Assembly (NCBI RefSeq): GCF_000189295.2 | Contig: NC_016803.1 | Span: 1,050,001 to 1,082,000 of the forward strand | Length of the DNA: 32,000 nt | Source: Pseudodesulfovibrio mercurii | GTDB lineage: Bacteria; Desulfobacterota; Desulfovibrionia; Desulfovibrionales; Desulfovibrionaceae | Direction: 5' to 3' | Shown here: positions 21,872-32,000 of the stretch, one piece after another | Position numbering within the stretch: the first letter of the stretch is position 1 | Layout: every line of letters begins with the position of its first letter | Notes under the pieces: model-generated | Told to the model about the DNA's origin: nothing | Database searches by the model: none | Seen by the model: the letters and a program-made list of their open reading frames with translations, nothing else | Made by a program: the position numbers and the translations under genes

Positions 21872-24526
21872 ATGCGCAAAATACTTTGTCTGATCCTGCT
21901 GTTGTCCTGCCTCTGCGCCCTGCCCGCCGGACCGGCCCTCGGCGCGGACGAGAAACCCAAGAAGAGCGTGCTCTGTCTGAACTCCTACCACGACGGCTAC
22001 CAGTGGTCGGACGGCATCATGCGCGGCATCCGTTCGGTCCTGGAGAACAGCCACTACAAGATCGATCTCCAGATCGAATACATGAACGCGAAAAGATACA
22101 ACTACGAGGACGTGACCCGCATGCTCCTGCGGCTCTACAAGGAGAAGTTCAAGAACGAAAAGTTCGACCTGATCATGACCTCGGACAACGACGCCTACTC
22201 CTTTGCCACCCATTACCGGGACATTCTCTTTCCGGGCGTTCCGCTGGTGTACTGTGGCGTCAACTACCTGAACACCGACGACACGGACGTGGACAACGCC
22301 ACGGGCGTCATCGAAATATTCAACCTGTCCAAAACCCTGGACGTGGCCCTGCGCCTGCACCCGGGCAAGAAGCACATGGTCGTGGTCAGCGACTCATCCA
22401 CGACCGGCGCCGCCATCACCCGCCAGGTCAGGAACCAGTTGGCGCGCTACAAGGTGCCGCTGACCACCGAATACTGGATCGACATGTCCCTGCGCAACGT
22501 CATGGACCGGGTGGCCCACCTTCCCCAGGACACCTTCCTGTTCTTCGTCCCCTACTACCAGGTCATCGACGGCCGCTTCCTGACCGCTGAGGAAGTCATG
22601 CAGGCCATCTCGGCCCGGTCCTCGGTACCCATCTACACGTCCTGGGAATTCCTGGCGGGCAACGGCGCGGTGGGCGGCAACATGCTCTCCGGCTTCCTGC
22701 ACGGCCAGCGGGCGGCCCGCACCGCCCTGGAAGTCCTCGACGGCAAGAACGCCGACGAAATCCCCGTGTTCCGCGAGACCACCGGCGAATACATCTTCGA
22801 CTACACGGTCATGAAGCGACTCAACCTGGACATGGACCTGCTCCCCGAAGGCAGCCGGATCATCAACGCACCCAAGGCGTTCTACGAACTCTCCAAGGAG
22901 CTGTCCTGGACCATCATGGTCAGCTTCGCCCTGCTCGTGCTGGTGCTCATCTTCCTGCCCCTGACCATGCTCGAACGGCGCAAGGTGGAACGAAAGATCA
23001 AGGATCAGCTGGCCTTTCAGGAGACCCTGATGGACACGGTCCCGCAGTTGGTCTCGTGGAAGGACGCGGACGGGCAGTACCTCGGCACCAACCGGGCCTT
23101 CTCGGAATTCTTCGGCCTGGTGCACGGCGAGGGCATCGTCAACCGGACCACCCACGACGTCATCCCGGACCTGGACTACGCCTCCTGGGCCTCGGGCGCG
23201 GACCGGGCCGTGATCAACAAGGGCCAGGCCTTCCGCAAGGAGCGGCGCAAGCTCATGGACGCCACGGACACCCCGGCCTGGATCGAAGTCACCAAGGTGC
23301 CCATCACGGACCGGTCGGGCCAGATCGTGGGCGTGCTCTCCATGGCCGACAACATCACCACCGAACTGAACCTGGAAAAACAGCTCCTGCAATCCCAGAA
23401 GATGGAGGCCATCGGCACCCTTGCCGGGGGCATCGCCCATGATTTCAACAACATCCTGACCAGCATCATCAACTCCACCGAACTGGCCGTGAGCGACCTG
23501 GACCCTGAGTCCATGACCACCAGGGACCTGGAGCGGGTGCTCAAGGCGGCCCGGCGCGGCGGCCGGGTGGTCAAGCAGATCCTGGCCTTCAGCCGCCCCT
23601 CCACCGAGGGGTTCCGACCCACGGACGTGGGCGGGGTCATCACCGAGGCCGTGGAGCTGCTCAAGTCCTCCATGCCGCGCAAGATCGAGGTCCTCTCGCG
23701 CATCAAGGAGAACCTGTCCTGCGTGTACGCCGACCCGACCCAGATCCACCAGGTGGTCATGAACCTGTGCACCAACGCCTTCCACGCCCTGCGGCGCACG
23801 GGCGGAACCATCGAGGTCCGCCTGGACCAGGCCGAGGTCGCGGGCGAGGAGGCGGACATCCTCGGGCTGACGCCGGGCGAATACGTGCGCCTGGTGGTGG
23901 AGGACAACGGCCCCGGCATCCCCCAGGACATCGTGGACAAGATATTCGACCCCTTCTTCACCACCAAGGACAAGACCGAGGGCACCGGGCTGGGGCTGGC
24001 GGTCGTCCACGGCATCGTGCACAGCCACAAGGGCGGCCTCCGGGTGGACCCGCGCGAGGGCGGCGGCACGGTCTTCTCCATCTTCCTGCCCAAGGGCGAC
24101 GCGGACCAGTGCGGGGACGTGGACCTGCTCGGCGTGCCGCACAACCTCGGCGCGCACATCCTCTTCGTGGAGGACGACGCGGACCAGCTCCAGACAACGC
24201 CGCGCCTGCTTGAGACCATGGGCTACGTGGTGGACGGCCAGGAAAGTCCGCTCCAGGCCCTGCGCCGGGTCAACGACATGCCCGGCGAATTCGACCTGGT
24301 CATCACCGACTACGATATGCCCGGCATGAGCGGCACCCAGCTGGCCCGGCGGCTGGCGGTCATCGACCCGAACCTGCCGATCATCCTCATCTCCGGCCGC
24401 GAGGACGCGGTTTCGGCGGCCGCGGACTTGCCGAACATCCGTCTGGTGGTTATCAAACCATACGACAAGCAGGATCTGTCTCGGGCCATCAACACCGTGT
24501 TGAACGAAGAGAAACAGGGGGAATGA
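21872..24526 (+). CDS. Hybrid sensor histidine kinase with a periplasmic solute-binding-like domain, PAS, HisKA/HATPase and a C-terminal receiver
   Basis: Start at ATG 21872 gives signal/TM MRKILCLILLLSCLCALPAGPALGA. The periplasmic LNSYHDGYQWSD block is typical of ABC_sub_bind-type sensor domains. TM WTIMVSFALLVLVLIFLPL is followed by a PAS domain. Kinase boxes are H-box IAHDFNNILTSI, N-box NLCTNAFHAL, G1 DNGPGI and G2 GTGLGLAV. Receiver: ILFVEDD...DLVITDYDMPGMSG...VIKP. Confidence 0.9.
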   Translation: MRKILCLILLLSCLCALPAGPALGADEKPKKSVLCLNSYHDGYQWSDGIMRGIRSVLENSHYKIDLQIEYMNAKRYNYEDVTRMLLRLYKEKFKNEKFDLIMTSDNDAYSFATHYRDILFPGVPLVYCGVNYLNTDDTDVDNATGVIEIFNLSKTLDVALRLHPGKKHMVVVSDSSTTGAAITRQVRNQLARYKVPLTTEYWIDMSLRNVMDRVAHLPQDTFLFFVPYYQVIDGRFLTAEEVMQAISARSSVPIYTSWEFLAGNGAVGGNMLSGFLHGQRAARTALEVLDGKNADEIPVFRETTGEYIFDYTVMKRLNLDMDLLPEGSRIINAPKAFYELSKELSWTIMVSFALLVLVLIFLPLTMLERRKVERKIKDQLAFQETLMDTVPQLVSWKDADGQYLGTNRAFSEFFGLVHGEGIVNRTTHDVIPDLDYASWASGADRAVINKGQAFRKERRKLMDATDTPAWIEVTKVPITDRSGQIVGVLSMADNITTELNLEKQLLQSQKMEAIGTLAGGIAHDFNNILTSIINSTELAVSDLDPESMTTRDLERVLKAARRGGRVVKQILAFSRPSTEGFRPTDVGGVITEAVELLKSSMPRKIEVLSRIKENLSCVYADPTQIHQVVMNLCTNAFHALRRTGGTIEVRLDQAEVAGEEADILGLTPGEYVRLVVEDNGPGIPQDIVDKIFDPFFTTKDKTEGTGLGLAVVHGIVHSHKGGLRVDPREGGGTVFSIFLPKGDADQCGDVDLLGVPHNLGAHILFVEDDADQLQTTPRLLETMGYVVDGQESPLQALRRVNDMPGEFDLVITDYDMPGMSGTQLARRLAVIDPNLPIILISGREDAVSAAADLPNIRLVVIKPYDKQDLSRAINTVLNEEKQGE

Positions 24527-24527
24527 C

Positions 24528-25970
24528 GTGGCCGACATACTGATCATCGACGACGACCATGACGTCTGCGAGACCATGGAGAGCCTGATCACCAGGCTGA
24601 CCCATGACTGCGTCTCGGCCCACACCCTGGACTCCGGGCTGCGGCTGATGCGCAAAAAGGCCTTCGACGTGATCTTCCTGGACGTGCGCCTGCCCGACGG
24701 CAACGGCCTGGACATCCTGCCGGACATCATGGCCCTGCCCGACCCGCCCGAGGTCATCATCCTGACCGGCAAGGGCGATCCGGACGGCGCGGAGCTGGCC
24801 ATCCGAGGCGGGGTCTGGGACTACCTGCTCAAGCCCTCCTCCATCCGCGAGATATCCCTGACCCTGGGCCGGGCCCTCAAGTACCACGACGAAAAGCGCG
24901 AACGGGATGCCGAGCGCAACCTGGAACTCAACGGCGTGGTCGGCGACAGCCCGATCATCAAGGTCAGCTTCAACCTCCTGTCCCAGGCGGCCCGGTCCGA
25001 GTCCAACGTGCTCATCACCGGCGAAACCGGCACGGGCAAGGAGTTGTTCGCCTCGACCATCCACGCCAACTCCAAGCGCAAGTCCGGCAACTTCGTGGTC
25101 GTGGACTGCGCAGGGCTGACCGAGTCCCTGCTCGAATCCACCCTGTACGGCCACCGCAAGGGCGCCTTCACCGGGGCCCAGGCGGACCGCATCGGCCTGG
25201 TCAAGCTGGCCGACGGCGGGACCCTGTTCCTGGACGAGGTGGGCGAGATGCCGCTCAGCATGCAGAAGGCCTTCCTGCGCGTGCTCCAGGAGAGGACCTT
25301 CCGCCCGGTGGGCGACACCCGCGAGCAGACCAGCGACTTCCGGCTGGTGGCGGCCACCAACCGGAACCTCGACGACATGGTCGAAAAGGGAACATTCCGA
25401 TCGGACCTGCTGTATCGTCTCAAGACAATGCACATCCACCTGCCGCCCCTGCGGGAACGGCCCGAGGACATCAAGGCCCTGTGCACCTACCGGGTCAGCC
25501 AGCTCTGCCGCCAGTACGGCATGCCGCCCAAGTCCTTCGGCTCGGACTTCAACCCGGCCCTGGAGAGCTATGACTGGCCCGGCAACGTTCGGGAACTGTT
25601 CAACATCCTGGAACGGGCCGTGGTCACCTCCGGCACGGAAAAGACCCTCTACGCCATGCACCTGCCGCGCGAACTGCGCATCCTTATCGCCAAGGCCCAG
25701 ATCGAGCGCATGACCAACGCCCTGCCCGAGGAGGAAACCCCGGTGCCCGGAGACACGGAGCCTGTCCGAAAAATCGGACAGGACATCTTCGAGGACATCT
25801 TCGAACAGGAGCTGCCCACCCTGCGGGACTTCAAGAGCACGGCGGAAAAGGTCTACCTGGGCGAACTCATCCGCCAGTGCGACGGCGACCTCCCCCGCAT
25901 CCTCGACGTGTCCAAGCTCTCGCGCTCCCACTTCTACGGTCTGCTCAAGAAGTACGGCCTGTCCCTGTAG
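24528..25970 (+). CDS. NtrC-family sigma-54-dependent response regulator
   Basis: GTG start 1 nt after the kinase stop. Receiver ILIIDDD...VIFLDVRLPDG...LLKP. AAA+ Walker A GETGTGKE, intact GAFTGA (25161-25178), GGTLFLDEVGEM, FRSDLLYRL. C-terminal HTH. Confidence 0.9.
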   Translation: MADILIIDDDHDVCETMESLITRLTHDCVSAHTLDSGLRLMRKKAFDVIFLDVRLPDGNGLDILPDIMALPDPPEVIILTGKGDPDGAELAIRGGVWDYLLKPSSIREISLTLGRALKYHDEKRERDAERNLELNGVVGDSPIIKVSFNLLSQAARSESNVLITGETGTGKELFASTIHANSKRKSGNFVVVDCAGLTESLLESTLYGHRKGAFTGAQADRIGLVKLADGGTLFLDEVGEMPLSMQKAFLRVLQERTFRPVGDTREQTSDFRLVAATNRNLDDMVEKGTFRSDLLYRLKTMHIHLPPLRERPEDIKALCTYRVSQLCRQYGMPPKSFGSDFNPALESYDWPGNVRELFNILERAVVTSGTEKTLYAMHLPRELRILIAKAQIERMTNALPEEETPVPGDTEPVRKIGQDIFEDIFEQELPTLRDFKSTAEKVYLGELIRQCDGDLPRILDVSKLSRSHFYGLLKKYGLSL

Positions 25971-25978
25971 GCGCGCCC

Positions 25979-26542
25979 GTGGCCGATTTCGACTCCTATT
26001 GCGCCTTCTGTGCCACCCGGCCTGCGAACGACGTGGACCGCGCGTACCACGACACCCGGTACGGCTTTCCCATCGAGGACGACACCGAGCTGTTCGCCCT
26101 GCTCGTCCTGGAGATCAACCAGGCGGGGCTGAGCTGGCGGACAATCCTCAACAAGGAAACCAATTTCCGCAAGGCCTACGACGGGTTCGACATTCCCACC
26201 GTGGCCGCCTACGGCGACGCGGACCGGACCCGGCTCCTGAACGACGCCGGGATCATCCGCAACCGCCTCAAGGTCGATGCTGCCATCCACAACGCGAACG
26301 CCGTCCTGGCCCTGCAACGGGAACACGGCTCCTTCAAGGCGTGGCTCGACGCCCACCACCCCCTGGAAAAAACCGACTGGGTCAAACTGTTCAAGACCCG
26401 CTTCAAGTTCGTGGGCGGCGAGATCGTCGGCGAATTTCTGATGAGTTCCGGCTACCTGAAAGGGGCGCACACGACGTCATGCCCGATCCACGACGCCGTT
26501 CTCCAAACCGGCCCGGCCTGGGTCCGGACCACCGGACGGTGA
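25979..26542 (+). CDS. tag: DNA-3-methyladenine glycosylase I
   Basis: GTG 25979 is the only plausible start after the upstream stop at 25970 and gives 187 aa. Motifs YHDTRYGFP, LVLEINQAGLSWRTILNK, AGIIRNRLKVDA, RFKFVGGEIVGEFLMSSGY follow the Tag layout, including N- and C-terminal zinc-site Cys/His. Confidence 0.85.
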   Translation: MADFDSYCAFCATRPANDVDRAYHDTRYGFPIEDDTELFALLVLEINQAGLSWRTILNKETNFRKAYDGFDIPTVAAYGDADRTRLLNDAGIIRNRLKVDAAIHNANAVLALQREHGSFKAWLDAHHPLEKTDWVKLFKTRFKFVGGEIVGEFLMSSGYLKGAHTTSCPIHDAVLQTGPAWVRTTGR

Positions 26543-26778
26543 CATCCGCAACGCCTCGCATTCCGGACGATCCCGGTCAGTCTTTTTTTTCGGACACACC
26601 CCGTTTCACCCCCTCCGCGCCACTTTGCGCAAAAATGCCCATGAATCGTGCTTTTATCATGTCCGCAACCTGCATTTCGTCCTATTTTTCAGACTGACGC
26701 CCTTGCCGGAATCGCCCGCTTCGTTTTGCCTTCTCCCCAACCTACTGTAAATCCGGCTCATTTTATTTTTCACAGAGT

Positions 26779-26793
26779 TGGCACGGATGTTGA
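26779..26793 (+). promoter_or_regulatory. Candidate sigma-54 promoter upstream of por
   Basis: TGGCAC-GGATG-TTGA has a perfect -24 element and a -12 element TTGA instead of TTGC. It lies 83 nt upstream of ATG 26876, and an A/T-rich tract lies just upstream. Confidence 0.35.
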
Positions 26794-26863
26794 GTAAGGA
26801 TCGTGTCATCAAATGAAGGGGTCCGCCCTGCGGACGCCAACAAATTCCGACGATCCACAATAG

Positions 26864-30466
<3,603 letters not shown>

Positions 30467-30477
30467 TAGTTAGAGGC

Positions 30478-30529
30478 ATGTGCGGGGCGGGGTTGTTGCG
30501 GAGGCTTCTGCCTGACCCGCCCCGCACAT
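30478..30529 (+). other. Intercistronic 14-bp perfect stem-loop between por and the lactate permease gene
   Basis: ATGTGCGGGGCGGG-N24-CCCGCCCCGCACAT with no U-tract after it. A second small hairpin GTGAGG-N6-CCTCAC (30541-30558) precedes the SD. Confidence 0.55.
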
Positions 30530-30577
30530 CAGTTGCAACCGTGAGGGTCGCTCCTCACACCCATGGAGGTTTGTTGA

Positions 30578-32000
30578 ATGTCTATCGAAGTGCTCGCGTT
30601 AATCGCGCTGCTGCCCATTCTGGTGGCGCTTGTTCTGATGGTCGGTCTGCGCTGGCCCGCCACCAAAGCCATGCCCCTGGCCTGGCTGACCGCGGCGGTC
30701 GGCGGCATCCTGGCCTGGAAACTGCCCGTCGCCTACGTCGCCGCCCTGACCCTGCAGGGCTTCGTGACGGCCATCGGTATTTTGATCATCGTTTTCGGTG
30801 CGATCCTGATCCTGCGCACCCTGCAGCATTCCGGCGGCATGGAGACCATCCAGCACGGCATGCAGAACATCACCCCCGACCGGCGCATCCAGGCCATCAT
30901 CATCGGCTACATGTTCGCCGCCTTCATCGAAGGCGCGGCCGGTTTCGGCACTCCCGCCGCCCTGGCCGCCCCGCTGCTGCTCTCCCTGGGCTTCCCGCCC
31001 CTGGCCGCAGCCATCATCTGCCTGGTCTTCAACTCCTTCCCCGTGACCTTCGGCGCGGTCGGCACCCCGGTCGTCCTGGGCCTCAAGTTCCTGGCCCCCA
31101 GCGTCGACGCCGCGGTCAAGGCGGGCGTCCCCGGCCTGAACTTCGCCAACATGGGCGACTTCAACCTGGTCGTCGGCCAGTGGGCCACTCTCATGCACCT
31201 GGGCATGATCTTCATCCTGCCCATCTTCATGCTCGGCTTCATCACCCGCTTCTTCGGCCCCGAGCGCAGCTGGAAGCCCGGCTTCGCCGCCTGGAAGTTC
31301 TGCATCTTCGCCGCCGTGGCCTTCACCATTCCCTACCTGATCTTCGCCTGGAACGTCGGTCCCGAGTTCCCGTCCCTGATCGGTGGTCTGGTCGGCCTGG
31401 GCATCATCATCGTCGGCGCCAAGAAGGGCTTCTGCATGCCCAAGACCAGCTGGGACTTCGGTAGTCCGGCCAAGTGGGATCCCGAGTGGACCGGTTCCGT
31501 GTCCTCCGACGGCACCGAGTTCAAGGCGCACATGAGCCAGTTCAAGGCCTGGTTGCCCTACATCCTCATCGGCCTCATCCTGGTCGTGACCCGCATCCCC
31601 GAGCTCGGCCTCAAGGGCCTGCTCGCCGGTCAGGCCATCAAGTTCAGCAACATCCTCGGCTTCAAGTCCGTCAATGCCTCCATCGCGTACCTGTATCTGC
31701 CCGGCACCATTCCGTTCACCCTGGTCGCCCTGCTGACCGTGTGGATTCACGGCATGCCCGGCGAGAAGGTCAAGCTGGCCTGGACCCAGGCCTTCAAGAC
31801 CATGAAGAATCCGACCATCGCCCTGTTCGCATCGGTGGCCCTGGTCTCCATCTTCCGCGGCTCCGGCATCGTCGACGCTGCTCTGAACCCGAACAACTAC
31901 CCGTCCATGCCTCTGGCCATGGCCAAGGCCGTCGCCGCCATCACCGGCAACGCCTGGCCCATGTTCGCCTCGTTCGTGGGCGGTCTGGGCGCGTTCATCA
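30578..32000 (+). CDS. lctP: L-lactate permease (LctP/LldP family), 3' end beyond the window
   Basis: Not in the ORF track because no stop is reached. I translated it by hand from ATG 30578 (GGAGG 8 nt upstream) to 32000 with no stop codon. [36 protein letters not shown]..., [25 protein letters not shown] and [12 protein letters not shown] are LctP-family hallmarks. Confidence 0.85.
   Translation, partial: MSIEVLALIALLPILVALVLMVGLRWPATKAMPLAWLTAAVGGILAWKLPVAYVAALTLQGFVTAIGILIIVFGAILILRTLQHSGGMETIQHGMQNITPDRRIQAIIIGYMFAAFIEGAAGFGTPAALAAPLLLSLGFPPLAAAIICLVFNSFPVTFGAVGTPVVLGLKFLAPSVDAAVKAGVPGLNFANMGDFNLVVGQWATLMHLGMIFILPIFMLGFITRFFGPERSWKPGFAAWKFCIFAAVAFTIPYLIFAWNVGPEFPSLIGGLVGLGIIIVGAKKGFCMPKTSWDFGSPAKWDPEWTGSVSSDGTEFKAHMSQFKAWLPYILIGLILVVTRIPELGLKGLLAGQAIKFSNILGFKSVNASIAYLYLPGTIPFTLVALLTVWIHGMPGEKVKLAWTQAFKTMKNPTIALFASVALVSIFRGSGIVDAALNPNNYPSMPLAMAKAVAAITGNAWPMFASFVGGLGAFI

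Noticed and set aside
22394-25931. Minus-strand ORFs 22394..24802 (802 aa) and 24489..25931 (480 aa), antisense to the kinase and regulator genes.
   Set aside because: The plus-strand frames contain complete H/N/G boxes, a receiver and AAA+ motifs. The antisense frames have none.
26576-26589. T8 tract after tag as a rho-independent terminator.
   Set aside because: Only a 4-bp CCGG/CCGG pairing precedes the T-run, so no convincing stem exists. I did not annotate it as a terminator.
30478-31464. 328-aa plus-strand ORF in the track covering the start of the last gene region; the 383-aa ORF 30599..31750(-) is a related case.
   Set aside because: Both are out of frame with or antisense to the hand-translated LctP-family ORF from 30578. 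That ORF stays open to the window end and shows the family motifs. These two are Arg/Pro/Gly-rich.

Overview
This is a high-GC chromosomal window. Coding samples I counted are about 65% GC, with a few AT-rich intergenic islands. The gene content looks like a Desulfovibrio-type sulfate reducer; that taxonomic guess is inference from gene content only. I support 24 protein genes, one tRNA-Leu(CAG), and several intrinsic terminators and candidate promoters. No rRNA, CRISPR array, IS element or prophage is evident.

Layout:
- 353-5741: glycan-modification genes. These are a GMC oxidoreductase, an alkaline-phosphatase-superfamily protein, a GT2 glycosyltransferase and a convergent CDP-glucose 4,6-dehydratase.
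- 6038-9718: molybdate cluster. It holds mop, an opposite-strand membrane metallophosphoesterase, and modCBA.
- 9958-10044: tRNA-Leu.
- 10334-12139: methyl-accepting chemotaxis protein (MCP) with a periplasmic CxxCH heme-c motif.
- 12232-12999: orphan periplasmic binding protein.
- 13147-14879: PAS/AAA+ sigma-54-family regulator with a degenerate GAFTGA loop, followed by a NifX/NifB-like protein.
- 15186-20402: four-gene operon of a CBS protein, a DASS-type permease, an uncharacterised 473-aa beta-helix protein and NhaB.
- 20541-20697: 26-bp tandem palindromic repeats.
- 20823-21593: low-GC two-gene islet.
- 21872-32000: lactate-utilisation-type locus. It holds a hybrid histidine kinase, an NtrC-type response regulator, tag, pyruvate:ferredoxin oxidoreductase and a partial L-lactate permease.

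The most unusual part is 13.1-20.4 kb, which combines the atypical regulator, the NifX-like protein, an AT-rich operator-like island and the Na+/anion transport operon with its uncharacterised beta-helix protein.

All functional calls come from motif recognition by eye. No BLAST, HMM or covariance search was possible. The very long Arg/Pro/Gly-rich ORFs in the track are GC-driven shadow ORFs.
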